Part shown: piece by piece, positions 1-11,787 of the stretch
Position numbering within the stretch: the first letter of the stretch is position 1
Layout: every line of letters begins with the position of its first letter
Sequence record: NC_054934.1
Reading direction: 5' to 3' (one strand)
DNA length: 64,000 nt
Source: Escherichia phage teqskov
Position numbers and translations under genes: made by a program
The notes under the pieces: generated by a model
What the model was told of the DNA's origin: nothing
Seen by the model: the letters and a program-made list of their open reading frames with translations, nothing else
Database searches by the model: none

Positions 1-2542
1 GCAAATCCTTTCCTTTAACCCCACGAATAATTTCGCCTTCAAAACTAGGAAGTCTTTCTGCTTTAACTTCTTGGCCAGCAATTAATCGTCCCAAAAGATT
101 ATGAATAGTTACGGTCCATTGCAATTTACCATTAGAATAGCTTCTTTCTATATAAGTAACATTACATCTTCCTGTAGCTGTATAAATCGTTTGTCCTACT
201 AAGTCTTCAGTCAAAGAATCAGATTGAACGATTATATCATATTCAGTACCAGCCCCAGATTCAATTTCAATTTCAACCTCTTCATTATAAAGAACTTTAA
301 AAAGAAATTTGTATGATGCTTCAATTCCTTTAGTAGAATAAAAATCATAGCTACGTGATTCGAAAAATCTTGCAACAGCATCACGTTTGTCAGCATTTAA
401 ATAAATGTTTCTTTTATATATCTCTGACCACAAATATTCCCATGCATGCTCTTCTCGTGGATATTTGTTACGAATTAAATTTCGTAAATTGTTATACTGA
501 GTTCCATATCCATCAGAAAGATACTGAATATATGCTTCGCAAAATGCCTCAAAATTCGAATCCTGCAACAAATAAGAATCAGGCATCATTGTGCCAATCA
601 ATGGTCTTAAATCAGGGTCAGCCAATCCACGCTCTTCTTCAGGCGACCAAGGAGTTTCATGCTCTTGGTTTTGTAAAAATGCTTTTAAAAATACTTCAGT
701 TGGCTTCCAAATAATTTCTACTGTATCTCTCACGCGATAGTTAAAATCATAGTAAGAAATTATTTCACCAGAGGCTTTATAGAAAAGCATCCCAGATGCA
801 TATTTTTTAAATCCAGTGAATTTAACATTTGGCATTACTATAGTGCAATCGCCATCATCCCAGTATTCATGAACTAATCTATCTGGTGATGTTTCCGGAA
901 TATTTTCTATAACTTTAGTGTATTTTAAATCAGCATAAACTACTACAACCCTATCAGAGTTGTTTATCCAACAACGTGTGTTAGATTTTTTAGACCAGTT
1001 AAAGAATGGTTCTGCATAGTATTTCATCGGCTGAGGAGTAAAAGTTTCCCAATCAGACTTTTCATCTGCTATAAATGCCATCATATGATAATGCTTATCA
1101 GCTAACCATTCACGAGGAAATTCATATTTAACAGCACCGATTAACTGATATTTTGCTGCAGTTTCAGGGTCATTAACAACATTATCACTTAAAAATTTAA
1201 AATTACTCGAAGACAGAGAAACTAATTTACCGTCAGTTGACATATTCGCATATCCGGGTTGAATACGTCTTCTTTCTTCTTCGGTATTACCAAAAACTCT
1301 TTTCCATGTTTTTTCGTCATGATTTAAAACATATATTCCTTTATCAGCGGAATCAATTATTTTTGATGTTCTAGGATTAGCATTTAATGTTTCAACTTCA
1401 CCAATAATAAGAGCAAAAACTTTATCACCGATAGAATCCATTTTATAGCATACTGCTTTAGGATTTCCGGTTATAGTCATTGTATCAGGCTCAAAAAGCC
1501 TTTCCGAATATGTTGGAGATAATGGATCAGAATCTATAGGTGCATTACTCGTTTTTATGTATCTAACTTTGTCTCTGGCGACAACGTAAATGTAATCATC
1601 GGTGCAAGTAATAGCTTCTGCAATGCGATATACATTCGCTGGCAAAGTTGCGTAAGTTGCAAAAATTTCTACATCAAATCCTAAATGTAATTGGTCGCCA
1701 AGTTTAGCGAATGTTATATCCTGAGAACTAAATCTGACATCGTCAGCTGACCATCTAACATCAGTCGATTTGCGGCCATAGAAAATCTTGTCGTATCCTA
1801 GAACGTATGTTGTGTTCGCAGATTGGTAATATACTGTCTTAGATAAAGGATATCCTACGCGGTCATTGAAGAGCTTTACAGCTTTCCAAGTTTGTCCTTT
1901 ATCATTGGATACTTTAACTACAGGTTGATAACGCTCAAAAAGATATAGAATTCCTTCTGATTCCATCAAATAAACTCGGTTAATATCCTTACATACTTGC
2001 TGAATAGAACCTTGTATTTCATGATACTCATTTTCACCAATAATAAAATTACTTATTGATGAAACATCAACATATGATGGGCTGAATTGAAATGATTCAT
2101 TCATCAATGCAGCCATTATAGTGTCATTATTAAAATTAACATAATCAGAATTATTAAGAGTAAATTTTTCCTGAATGAATTTATTGGCTAATTGCATTTC
2201 AATCATGTTTTGAAATGTATAAGCATTTGTAGCAAAAGTTTCAAACTCTTCGGTATAAATCCAATCAGACTGCTCAAAATCTTGTGCAGCTGTAGCTACT
2301 CTAATAACGTATGATGTCAATGGGTCAGCATCATCAAAAAAGAAGCTGTTATTTGCAGTATATCCTAAGTTAATCCATCTGTATTGATTACTCGGGAGAT
2401 TTTCCCCCGAGTTTGTTTTTGTCTCAGCGATTTCTACAAAATAGTAGAAATTAGCACCAACGTCATCCCAGCGTACTTGCACCTGATTTGCGGATAACTT
2501 GGAAATTCTGAGACTAGTGACTGAAGGTGCTTTTACTGTCAT
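1..2542 (-). CDS. 7: Baseplate wedge protein gp7, N-terminal ~847 codons; gene continues past window start
   Basis: Minus-strand ATG at 2542 gives MTVKAPSVTSLRISKLSANQVQVRWDD, matching remembered T4 gp7; ATGA overlap with gene 6 stop; frame stays open to position 1. Confidence 0.9.
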   Translation of the reverse strand, partial: MTVKAPSVTSLRISKLSANQVQVRWDDVGANFYYFVEIAETKTNSGENLPSNQYRWINLGYTANNSFFFDDADPLTSYVIRVATAAQDFEQSDWIYTEEFETFATNAYTFQNMIEMQLANKFIQEKFTLNNSDYVNFNNDTIMAALMNESFQFSPSYVDVSSISNFIIGENEYHEIQGSIQQVCKDINRVYLMESEGILYLFERYQPVVKVSNDKGQTWKAVKLFNDRVGYPLSKTVYYQSANTTYVLGYDKIFYGRKSTDVRWSADDVRFSSQDITFAKLGDQLHLGFDVEIFATYATLPANVYRIAEAITCTDDYIYVVARDKVRYIKTSNAPIDSDPLSPTYSERLFEPDTMTITGNPKAVCYKMDSIGDKVFALIIGEVETLNANPRTSKIIDSADKGIYVLNHDEKTWKRVFGNTEEERRRIQPGYANMSTDGKLVSLSSSNFKFLSDNVVNDPETAAKYQLIGAVKYEFPREWLADKHYHMMAFIADEKSDWETFTPQPMKYYAEPFFNWSKKSNTRCWINNSDRVVVVYADLKYTKVIENIPETSPDRLVHEYWDDGDCTIVMPNVKFTGFKKYASGMLFYKASGEIISYYDFNYRVRDTVEIIWKPTEVFLKAFLQNQEHETPWSPEEERGLADPDLRPLIGTMMPDSYLLQDSNFEAFCEAYIQYLSDGYGTQYNNLRNLIRNKYPREEHAWEYLWSEIYKRNIYLNADKRDAVARFFESRSYDFYSTKGIEASYKFLFKVLYNEEVEIEIESGAGTEYDIIVQSDSLTEDLVGQTIYTATGRCNVTYIERSYSNGKLQWTVTIHNLLGRLIAGQEVKAERLPSFEGEIIRGVKGKDL

Positions 2543-4521
2543 TGTGATATAGGCTCCAAATCGATAGTTAAGTATTGTGGACGTAAGTCATTTTCAAATA
2601 CAATCAGTGAACCGTCGCGAGTAAAGATAACATCATCGGTTGGGTCAGAATATAATTCGATGGTCTGAACTTCAAATTTTTCAGATGTTAAATTAATTTT
2701 AGCGATATTCCAATAAATCACATCAGCTGGATAATTTATTTCACCGATAACATAGTATTTGTCGCGTCCATCAGAATTTGCTAATTTGTTAAAATCGTTG
2801 CCTGTATACGGCTGAATGTTTTCATTTTCTGTAACATCGCCAGAAGCAAATGGACCAATAATAACTTTACCAATTCCTTTAGAATCTCGGTCTGTTGATA
2901 CTATACGAACGTCATATAATACATCTTCTTCTAAACCAGTATCAGGATTTACAACCTTTCGTCCAGAATTAAATGAAAACGTATTAGATTCCATAGAACG
3001 ATCTTTTATTTGATTATTGTATTTAATACCTGCTTCAGGTGTTTTATAGAAGTTTTGTACTTCACGAACAATTTGAATTGTCGCTGATGAACCAATGATA
3101 GAATGATCTGCATCATCTACATATGTCAACATCTTAGACTTGGCAAAAGACGAGTTAAAAATTTCTACATCTTCGGTATAATAACGATCAATTTTATCAA
3201 TTATTTGACCTTCGAGCCACTGTTCGGATTCTTGCAGCTTATTTAAAGCATATGTGACTTTTAAATTAGTCTTAATAAAAAGATAATTAGGAGAAATAAT
3301 TGATGGCGTAATAGGAGCTAAATTATAGTCTTTGAGATAATTTTTAATATCTTCACGTTGCACAGTAGTTAAATACAATCCTGATTTAGGTTTAGCAGCA
3401 ATAAATGCATACCCAGGTTTAGTAGAATCAGTGAAAGTCTGAACAGCTTGAATAATAGAACCAAATCTCTCTGAAACGAATGTATCGTAGTCAGTCGCAG
3501 TTACGCAGCGTTGCTGGGTTTCGCGTTTAATAGTACCCAATTCGCGAATACGCTCAATATCTTCTGGATCACCGCCGCCATCTGCTCCGACAAAATCTGG
3601 GTCGTCGTTTGGATTTTCATTAATATTGATGACAGTTATATTTGTTAATGTATCTGCATATGAAAATCCGACTGCGCCATTCGCATCTGCACCGTTAGTA
3701 CTGATGTACTCAATAACAATCGTAGAGTTCTGGGTAGGTTTAAGACCTCCGATATAATTAGCGGTCAAAGCTCCTTCAGAAGCATTAACAGAAATTTCAC
3801 CTTCGCCAAAATAGAATTCAGTGTTTCCATCAATAGTTTCACGCATATAGTAAATCGTTGATGTTGAACCAGCATGAACCATTGACTTTCTTGTCCAGTT
3901 AATCCATTCCGCTCCATCAACATATAATTTAACCTGGTTTCTATCAATATTTTTATCATAAATGATAATAGGTGTTAATTTATCATAAATGATTTCAGTT
4001 CTTACTATACGTCCCTGGGCCAATTTTAAACGTGGAAAATATTGGTTATTTTTATCACGAATAGCAATAACGTCTTCGGTAGAAACGAAGTTATATGGAT
4101 TAACAGAAGTATCTTTTGCATATGCTAAAAAGCGAGTTCCGCGAGGAATTGTAATGTAATTCCTATTCAATGCGTCGGTGCATGTTAACATAATTTCGGT
4201 CTGCGCAGCGGATTTTGAAGTAGGTAAATATCCGTTATCTTGTGCAGCTTGAACAACTGAACTTCGTAAGTTAGCAGTACGCATAAAGCTTTCATACACA
4301 GCAGCATTACCAAACTGTTGAATGTACAACGTATTATAAGCCAAAAGGTCACACAGAACGTTTAATCTTGAGCCTTCAAAATCATAATCCAAAAATTCAT
4401 TTTGGCCATTAAGCCATTCAATGAGGTTTTGTTTTATTTCAGCAAACGTACCCCCGACGAATATCTCGGGAATAGCATTTGCTGTTCTTGTTAATTGATA
4501 ATTTACAGGGGTATTTGCCAT
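2539..4521 (-). CDS. 6: Baseplate wedge protein gp6
   Basis: 660 aa ORF, same length as T4 gp6; sits between 5.4 and 7 as in T4. Confidence 0.92.
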   Translation of the reverse strand: MANTPVNYQLTRTANAIPEIFVGGTFAEIKQNLIEWLNGQNEFLDYDFEGSRLNVLCDLLAYNTLYIQQFGNAAVYESFMRTANLRSSVVQAAQDNGYLPTSKSAAQTEIMLTCTDALNRNYITIPRGTRFLAYAKDTSVNPYNFVSTEDVIAIRDKNNQYFPRLKLAQGRIVRTEIIYDKLTPIIIYDKNIDRNQVKLYVDGAEWINWTRKSMVHAGSTSTIYYMRETIDGNTEFYFGEGEISVNASEGALTANYIGGLKPTQNSTIVIEYISTNGADANGAVGFSYADTLTNITVININENPNDDPDFVGADGGGDPEDIERIRELGTIKRETQQRCVTATDYDTFVSERFGSIIQAVQTFTDSTKPGYAFIAAKPKSGLYLTTVQREDIKNYLKDYNLAPITPSIISPNYLFIKTNLKVTYALNKLQESEQWLEGQIIDKIDRYYTEDVEIFNSSFAKSKMLTYVDDADHSIIGSSATIQIVREVQNFYKTPEAGIKYNNQIKDRSMESNTFSFNSGRKVVNPDTGLEEDVLYDVRIVSTDRDSKGIGKVIIGPFASGDVTENENIQPYTGNDFNKLANSDGRDKYYVIGEINYPADVIYWNIAKINLTSEKFEVQTIELYSDPTDDVIFTRDGSLIVFENDLRPQYLTIDLEPISQ

Positions 4522-4529
4522 TTTAAATC

Positions 4530-4823
4530 CTATTTAATGAATACTTTAGATGATGCCTGAGCCACAGTATCACCGCATGATATTGGATCAGCCATTTGAA
4601 CAGCTTTCTTTCCAGTGACATATACCTTAGAAGTTCTGGGTTGTGTCACTCCGCCATGTGTTTCATATGGCTTTTTAATTTCTGTATGTTCTGTAATTGG
4701 ATCGCCTGCTACTAGAACAGCAATTCCTCCAGTGAATACTTTGCTTTGTGTAGCATTCACAACTGTTGGAGGCCACGCTTCATGGCCAGCAGTAACACAC
4801 TTATCATAACTTAATCCTGACAT
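4530..4823 (-). CDS. 5.4: PAAR-repeat baseplate spike tip protein gp5.4
   Basis: 97 aa, same size and position as T4 gp5.4, directly downstream of gene 5/5.1. Confidence 0.8.
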
Positions 4824-5381
4824 TTATGGCCTCTCATACACATAGCTTCTCAATTTATTAGCCCAACGACTCCAATTTCCAACTATAGTTTTAGTATAAT
4901 TTTTAACGAGAGTTTTTCTTACTGGAGCAGGAGGATCCGTCGGTTCAGTAGTATCAGAAGATGACCTAGAATTACTGCCAGAACCTCCAGATTCACTTTG
5001 TTCTTGGTAGTCATATATTAATGTTACTTCGTAAGTGAATGTCTTCTGGAGATTTTGAGGAGCTTTCCACAAATACAACTGAGTATCAGAATCAGTAGGA
5101 AGTTCTTCCCATGAAGCAGCAGTTTTAAATTCATCGCCTAAACGATATTTCAACGCGTCATTTCCGAAACCAAATACAGATTCATATGTTCCATATAAGC
5201 GATTTTCTTCTACTAAAACCCCAGGAGTTTCTTCGTAACTAGTTATATTTATAGATACTAACGTTTCACCTGTTTCTAATTGAGCGGTAAAGGTGACGTC
5301 GATAGAAGAACCTTCCATGGATTCTCCTAAATCAGCGCTCATTGGAAGTATATTAGCCAATGTCAATCCTCGATCCATCAA
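4824..5381 (-). CDS. 5.1: Conserved hypothetical protein at the gene 5.1 position; exact start uncertain
   Basis: 185 aa ORF between gene 5 and 5.4; overlaps gene 5 end by 29 nt. Confidence 0.55.
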
Positions 5382-7080
5382 TTGTGTATTGACCAGATGA
5401 AATAGAACTCATAGATGCAATTTTTTCTGTCCAATCACCACCAACGTCCCAATCAACTGTCCCAGCAACTTTCCAAGAAAGATTTCCATTTACTGTATTA
5501 GTCTGATTTCCTTCAACTAAAGTGGTAGCATCTCCTTTAACTGTAATGTCAGCATTACCTTCAACTACAATAGTAACATTACCTTTAACTAGGATAGTTC
5601 CATTACCTTCAACCGTCTTAGTTTCATCGCCTCGAACAAATATCGTATTGCTTCCATCTATTTGGTGAAGACGATTATCCATGTTGTAATAAATTTCTGA
5701 TCCACCGACGTTAGTCTTTTTATCACCGGCTACCAAAAAATTACCATCAGCGTTGGTTATATCATACAAATTATCAACAGTTTTTCTTGTTCTTCTCCCT
5801 GACGGTGATACTTCTTCATAAGTTCCAGTTGGATGAACTAATCTATATCGTTCTTGCCCAGGGGTATCATCAAATTCCTGAATATGTCCACTTTCAGTTT
5901 CCATTGTATGCACATAAGGATATTCGCCTTTATATGAAGAAACTGGTTCTTTGAATAAAATTCTCGAGTCATTTGGAATAGGAGGGTCAGCAGGGTCAGA
6001 AGATTTAGTTACAGTCGCAGCCATTGCCGATAAAGACCTAGCTGGAGTTTTCACTTCAACACCATATGATTCCAAATTCCCCGTAAGAATAATCATGGTA
6101 ACACGGGATGCACGGCCTTTTGTTTGTTGATACCACAATGAATCACGACCGGCTTTATATGCTTTTTCCCAATCTCCTGCTAACATAGCAGTTAACATTG
6201 TGTTAAATTTAGCTACACCGCCAACCCCCATCTGAAATGCCATATTTTCTAATGCCATTTGACGAGAACGGTTGACAGCTTGCCAGACTGGTCCTACTTT
6301 AGAATGCGATTTAATGTCACGTTGCATATCAGCCAAATCACGCTCAAATAAAGTCGTCGCCTCTTCCATTGTAATAGAACCTGGATTTCCTGTAATTTCA
6401 CGACCAACTTGTTTTGATAAAACTTTATTAATTTGAGCCATATCACGAACTGGCTGCTTCATGATAAGATGACCAATACCAATTGTCGGATATCCTTCGG
6501 TATCCCAATAAACTTTTAATCTTAATCCTTCATCACGGCGAAGCATTTCAGCCATTGACATATTTGGATTATCATCAGTTGGAATCTCTGATAGTGGTCT
6601 ATCATCGGGATTTATTGCGGTGTCTAAGTTACTATCTTGAATAACATTAGAAGAGGAATCATATCCTACTTCTCCGCCTTGGTTTAATACGTTAGTATCA
6701 TTTCCTAAACGTCTAGGATACTGCCCAGTTGGGTCAGAAAATCCTTCAAGTCTATTCGGTTTTTCGCGAACTATTCCACCATACGTGCCAAGGACAATTC
6801 CGTTAGTTTTCCATTTGTCTAAAAAATGACCGTAAACTCTAGTTCCTTCTACCGGTCCAGTAACAGAACCTCCAATTCCTGACATTGCTGCAGAAGTTAT
6901 AGGTTGAATAACTGACATCCATGGTAATTTTTCAGTTGGAATACCCATTACATCACCTTGTGCTCTTTGAGGTGGATGCAGACCAACAACACGAACACGA
7001 ACACGACCTAATTTTAATGGGTCCATTCTATCTTCAACAACACCAACAAACCAATTAAGGTTATTACTTATCATTTCCAT
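5353..7080 (-). CDS. 5: Baseplate hub subunit and tail lysozyme gp5
   Basis: 575 aa as T4 gp5; internal lysozyme domain (LRLKVYWDTEGYPTIGIGHLI) paralogous to gene e; C-terminal VxGxxxxx beta-helix repeats. Confidence 0.95.
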   Translation of the reverse strand: MEMISNNLNWFVGVVEDRMDPLKLGRVRVRVVGLHPPQRAQGDVMGIPTEKLPWMSVIQPITSAAMSGIGGSVTGPVEGTRVYGHFLDKWKTNGIVLGTYGGIVREKPNRLEGFSDPTGQYPRRLGNDTNVLNQGGEVGYDSSSNVIQDSNLDTAINPDDRPLSEIPTDDNPNMSMAEMLRRDEGLRLKVYWDTEGYPTIGIGHLIMKQPVRDMAQINKVLSKQVGREITGNPGSITMEEATTLFERDLADMQRDIKSHSKVGPVWQAVNRSRQMALENMAFQMGVGGVAKFNTMLTAMLAGDWEKAYKAGRDSLWYQQTKGRASRVTMIILTGNLESYGVEVKTPARSLSAMAATVTKSSDPADPPIPNDSRILFKEPVSSYKGEYPYVHTMETESGHIQEFDDTPGQERYRLVHPTGTYEEVSPSGRRTRKTVDNLYDITNADGNFLVAGDKKTNVGGSEIYYNMDNRLHQIDGSNTIFVRGDETKTVEGNGTILVKGNVTIVVEGNADITVKGDATTLVEGNQTNTVNGNLSWKVAGTVDWDVGGDWTEKIASMSSISSGQYTIDGSRIDIG

Positions 7081-7654
7081 AAGATTTCTCCATTATACGT
7101 ATAAGGTCGTTCATAAATGAATTAATGTCTGATTTTGCTATTATTTTTATTTGACGAAGTTTTTCATTTTCAAGAACAGCCGCTTCATACGTATCGACCG
7201 CAGCAAGTGCTCCTTCATATTGAGGATATTTTCTAGCTTTATCGCCTTTGTCATACCAAACATATGGATTATCATCGTATGATATTAAATTATAAAATTT
7301 TTCACCGTTCTCATTCACATGATATACTATCTGGTCTCCACCCACATTTTTGTATTTTTGTATAGATGCTTGATAAGCAGCTTCTTGTGAAGTAATCCAT
7401 CCATAATACGGATCATAATTATCATTACACATCAATAAAACCCAATACAACTGTGGATTTCCGTATATAGTATTTGCTAATTCTTCCGGGCGTGGTGAAC
7501 CTTTAATATAATAAGTACGTAAGCGGTATCCCGCAAGAGCACGTTTGAAATAGTCTTTATAGTTTCTAAAAATATCTGTCATAGGAATAGTCGGCGCGTT
7601 TTTATTCACCGTTTTGGCCGCATATTCAATCGGATCAAAAAATGTAAAGAGCAT
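7064..7654 (-). CDS. 53: Baseplate wedge subunit gp53
   Basis: 196 aa as T4 gp53; upstream of gene 5 on the same strand; late promoter upstream. Confidence 0.88.
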   Translation of the reverse strand: MLFTFFDPIEYAAKTVNKNAPTIPMTDIFRNYKDYFKRALAGYRLRTYYIKGSPRPEELANTIYGNPQLYWVLLMCNDNYDPYYGWITSQEAAYQASIQKYKNVGGDQIVYHVNENGEKFYNLISYDDNPYVWYDKGDKARKYPQYEGALAAVDTYEAAVLENEKLRQIKIIAKSDINSFMNDLIRIMEKSYGNDK

Positions 7655-7667
7655 GGGCCCTCCTGTT

Positions 7668-7675
7668 TATAAATA
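7668..7675 (+). promoter_or_regulatory. T4 late promoter core TATAAATA for gene 4
   Basis: Exact TATAAATA about 27 nt upstream of the gene 4 ATG. Confidence 0.6.
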
Positions 7676-7682
7676 TATTATC

Positions 7683-7690
7683 TATTTATA
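7683..7690 (-). promoter_or_regulatory. T4 late promoter core TATAAATA (minus strand) for gene 53
   Basis: Plus-strand tatttata is TATAAATA on the minus strand, about 30 nt upstream of the gene 53 start. Confidence 0.6.
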
Positions 7691-7701
7691 AGGAGAATCC
7701 A

Positions 7702-8154
7702 ATGGCATATTCTGGAAAATGGGTTCCTAAAAATATATCAAAATATAGAGGTGACCCTAAAAAAATTACGTATAGATCAAATTGGGAAAAATTCTTTTTT
7801 GAATGGTTAGATAAAAATCCAGAAATTATTGCATGGGGTAGTGAAACAGCAGTAATTCCTTATTTTTGTAATGCAGAAGGGAAAAAACGTAGATACTTCA
7901 TGGATATTTGGATGAAAGATTCTTCTGGACAAGAATTTTTTATTGAAATAAAACCTAAAAAAGAAACACAACCACCAGTTAAACCAGCACATCTAACAAC
8001 TGCAGCGAAGAAAAGATTTATGAATGAAATTTATACATATTCCGTTAATACCGACAAATGGAAAGCAGCGCAAGCTTTAGCTGAAAAGCGTGGAATAAAA
8101 TTTAGAATTCTAACAGAAGATGGATTACGAGCTCTTGGCTTTAAGGGGGCATAA
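7702..8154 (+). CDS. 4: Head completion protein gp4
   Basis: 150 aa as T4 gp4; AGGAG SD; divergent from gene 53. Confidence 0.88.
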
Positions 8155-8978
8155 TGGCTATTTTTCAAATAATTAATGAAAGCACTCCCCAAGTTCCAAA
8201 GGTTAAGCAATCATTAAACGAAAAGAAATGGATTCAAATAGGTCTTGAATATAAAAAGGCCAAAGCAAAAGGAATGACAGGAAAGCAATTTGCTGAAGAA
8301 AGAGGAATCAAATACTCTACGTTTACTTCAGCAATGTCAAAATATGCTTCAGGAATTAAAACAGCTGAAAAGATTCAAAAGCTTGAATCAAAACCAATGA
8401 ATAAACTCAATAAGCAAGAAAGACAACTGCTTATGATAAATTCATTCAGACAAACATTGCGCGATAAAATTCGTAATGAAGGTGCAGCAATTAATAATAA
8501 AACCAGAAAATGGTTTGCTGAAACTATTAAGCAAGTAAAAGGACATAAAGTTGTTCGCCCGCAGCCGGGACGAATATATGCTTTTGCTTATGACGCTAAA
8601 CACAAGGAAACTCTTCCTTACTGGGATAAATTTCCTTTGATAATTTATCTTGGTTTAGGTAAGCATAACTTAATGTACGGATTAAACTTGCACTATATTC
8701 CACCTAAAGCTCGTCAGCAATTCCTAGAAGAGCTTTTAAAGCAATATGCAAATACACCTACTATTACTAATAAAACGAAATTAAAAATTGATTGGAGTCA
8801 AGTGAAAGGATTTAGGGGTGCAGACCAAATGATTAAGGCATATATACCTGGTAATATTATGGGTAGCCTTGTTGAAATCGCCCCGAAAGACTGGGCGAAC
8901 GTTGTGTTGATGCCACTTCAGCAGTTCGTTTCAAAAGGAAAACGTTTCTCTGCAAACAAAGTCTGGTCAAATATCTAA
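8154..8978 (+). CDS. 2: DNA end protector protein gp2
   Basis: 274 aa as T4 gp2; start overlaps gene 4 stop. Confidence 0.88.
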
Positions 8979-9084
8979 TTCTATTATCTTCCATTCTTTT
9001 CTGTTGTTTGTTCTAAATGGAATTGAATGGAAGGAACTTAGACCCATTATACCACCAACAGTTATAAAGCATTATGAGGAATAT

Positions 9085-9615
9085 ATGTCGCAAGCTCTGC
9101 AGCAAATTTTTAACCAAGCAAATACAACTAATTTTGTAGTATCAATACCACATAGTAATACTACATCTGCTTTTACTTTAAATGCTCAGTCAGTTCCTAT
9201 TCCAGGAATTAGAATACCTGTTACTGATACCGTGACTGGGCCGTTTGGACTAGGCCGAGCACAACGTCCAGGTGTTACATTTGAGTACGACCCACTCATC
9301 GTGAGATTTATAGTTGATGAAGAGCTTAAGTCATGGATAGGAATGTATGAATGGATGCTAGGAACTAGTAACTATCTTACAGGCGAAAATACTGCCCAAA
9401 AAACAGGTCCTGAGTACATTACGCTTTACATTTTAGATAATAGCAAAACTGAAATCGTGATGTCAATAAATTTTTATAAGCCTTGGGTTTCTGACCTGTC
9501 TGAAGTAGAATTTAGCTACACAGAAGATTCAGACCCAGCCTTAGTATGCACAGCAACGATTCCTTATACGTATTTTCAAGTAGAAAAAGATGGAAAAATT
9601 ATAGCAGAAGTTTAA
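9085..9615 (+). CDS. 3: Tail completion and sheath stabilizer protein gp3
   Basis: 176 aa from ATG 9085 (MSQALQQIF) with GAGGA SD; the longer ORF-track version (9004) is an upstream extension. Confidence 0.85.
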   Translation: MSQALQQIFNQANTTNFVVSIPHSNTTSAFTLNAQSVPIPGIRIPVTDTVTGPFGLGRAQRPGVTFEYDPLIVRFIVDEELKSWIGMYEWMLGTSNYLTGENTAQKTGPEYITLYILDNSKTEIVMSINFYKPWVSDLSEVEFSYTEDSDPALVCTATIPYTYFQVEKDGKIIAEV

Positions 9616-9664
9616 TGCTTCAGTTTCATGTGTTATAATCTTAACTAAATTTGAGGAGAAACAT

Positions 9665-10389
9665 ATGAAACTAATCTTTTTAAGTGGTGTAAAGCGTAGT
9701 GGAAAAGATACTACTGCAGATTTTATTATGAATAATTATTCTGCAGTTAAATATCAACTTGCTGGTCCTATTAAGGATGCATTGGCTTATGCATGGGGTG
9801 TATTTGCAGCAAACACTGACTATCCTTGTTTAACTCGTAAAGAGTTTGAAGGAATTGACTATGATCGTGAAACTAATTTAAATCTGACTAAATTAGAAGT
9901 AATTACGATTATGGAACAAGCATTTTGCTATCTTAATAGTAAAAGCCCAATTAAAGGTGTGTTTGTTTTTGATGACGAAGGAAAAGAATCAGTTACTTTC
10001 GTAGCATTTAATAAGATTGCTGACGTTATAAATAATATTGAAGATCAATGGTCAGTCCGTCGTCTGATGCAAGCCCTAGGTACGGATTTGATTGTTAATA
10101 ACTTCGACCGCATGTATTGGGTAAAATTATTTGCTTTAGATTATCTTGATAAATTTAACTCAGGTTATGATTATTATATCGTTCCTGATACTCGTCAAGA
10201 TCATGAAATGGATGCGGCTAGGGCGATGGGTGCTACAGTAATTCATGTAGTTCGTCCTGGTCAAAAATCCAATGATACACATATTACAGAAGCTGGATTG
10301 CCAATTCGTGATGGCGATTTAGTAATTACAAACGATGGTTCTCTTGAAGAACTTTTTTCTAAAATTAAAAATACACTAAAGGTACTATA

Positions 10390-10390
<1 letters not shown>
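9665..10390 (+). CDS. 1: Deoxynucleoside monophosphate kinase gp1
   Basis: 241 aa as T4 gp1; P-loop GVKRSGKDT. Confidence 0.92.
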
Positions 10391-11087
<697 letters not shown>

Positions 11088-11099
11088 CTTCATAAAGTT

Positions 11100-11129
11100 G
11101 TTTACACGCTGATGAGGTAGTGATACTAT
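11100..11129 (+). promoter_or_regulatory. T4 early (sigma70) promoter; -10 lies inside an inverted repeat (PeSL-like cassette)
   Basis: GTTTAC, 18 nt spacer, TGaTACTAT; inverted repeat gatgaggta/tacctcatc at 11111-11138. Confidence 0.6.
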
Positions 11130-11159
11130 TACCTCATCAAAATTAATTAGGAAAATAAA

Positions 11160-11417
11160 ATGAAAACTTATAAAGAGTTTGCTACAGAAACTATTATCAC
11201 TGAATCTTCTCATGGTATGGAAGTAAAGCTTGGAATGGCTTTAGCTGAAGCTGAGCGTCTTTTTTCTCGTATTAAAGAACTTGCTGCTGCAGTCGATCCT
11301 TCATCTTTTAAAGGAGACCAAACTAAAGTTAAAGCACTTTTAGCATTATGCTCTGATGCAGGAGAAATCGCTAAGAACGGTTCTAAGATGAAGAAACGAT
11401 TAGAAGATTTAAAATAA
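11160..11417 (+). CDS. Internal-protein-like ORF with capsid-targeting N-terminus (MKTYKEFATE)
   Basis: 85 aa; N-terminus resembles T4 IP capsid targeting sequence with I/L-x-E cleavage motifs. Confidence 0.55.
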   Translation: MKTYKEFATETIITESSHGMEVKLGMALAEAERLFSRIKELAAAVDPSSFKGDQTKVKALLALCSDAGEIAKNGSKMKKRLEDLK

Positions 11418-11429
11418 TTTCACAAAGTT

Positions 11430-11459
11430 GTTTACACGGGGTTTTAGTAGTGATACTAT
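11430..11459 (+). promoter_or_regulatory. T4 early promoter (PeSL-like cassette copy 2)
   Basis: Same GTTTACAC...GTAGTGATACTATTACC module as at 11100; preceded by duplicated junction gatttaaaataa. Confidence 0.6.
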
Positions 11460-11495
11460 TACCCTATCAAAACAAATGTGAAATTGGAGAATAAA

Positions 11496-11729
11496 ATGAA
11501 AACGTATCAAGAATTTATTGCTGAAGCTGCTGATGTAAAAGTTGAGTTTATTTACATTGGCAAGAAAGATAAAATGGGCGAAATGCCTCATGGAGTTCTT
11601 CGTGATGCATTAGATAATTTCGGTCAACTCGGTGGTGAAGAGTTTGGTGATTATTTTGTTATCTATGGACCAGAAAAAGTCATCGAGAAATGGGCTGATA
11701 AATATAAATCAATTTTTCGTAAAAAATAA
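11496..11729 (+). CDS. Internal-protein-like ORF with canonical capsid-targeting N-terminus MKTYQEFIAEA
   Basis: 77 aa from ATG 11496; GGAGA SD; N-terminus matches the T4 IP targeting sequence as remembered. Confidence 0.6.
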   Translation: MKTYQEFIAEAADVKVEFIYIGKKDKMGEMPHGVLRDALDNFGQLGGEEFGDYFVIYGPEKVIEKWADKYKSIFRKK

Positions 11730-11759
11730 GTTTACTTTTAGATAGGGTAGTGATACTAT
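11730..11759 (+). promoter_or_regulatory. T4 early promoter (PeSL-like cassette copy 3)
   Basis: GTTTAC then TGATACTAT; perfect inverted repeat gatagggta/taccctatc at 11741-11768 flanks the -10. Confidence 0.6.
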
Positions 11760-11787
11760 TACCCTATCTACTACTGAGGAGAATAAA

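Noticed and set aside
355-714. Plus-strand 119 aa ORF inside gene 7
   Set aside because: Lies wholly within the well-supported minus-strand gp7 reading frame, with no SD or promoter; most likely a chance antisense ORF.
5450-5700. Short periodic DNA repeats in the 3' part of gene 5
   Set aside because: Explained by the VxGxxxxx octapeptide repeats of the gp5 C-terminal beta-helix; coding periodicity, not a mobile or regulatory repeat.
9004-9084. N-terminal extensions in the ORF track (for example gp3 from 9004, AAA+ ATPase from 30348, member 3 from 34875, gp44 from 51798, gp62 from 52753)
   Set aside because: These start at GTG/TTG or unsupported ATG codons upstream of an ATG that has a proper SD and gives the length expected from T4; the shorter starts are used.
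11100-11770. Repeated spacer-like units that might suggest a CRISPR array
   Set aside because: The repeats contain promoter consensus and flank real genes of 77-85 codons; spacing is irregular, repeats are imperfect, and no cas genes are present.
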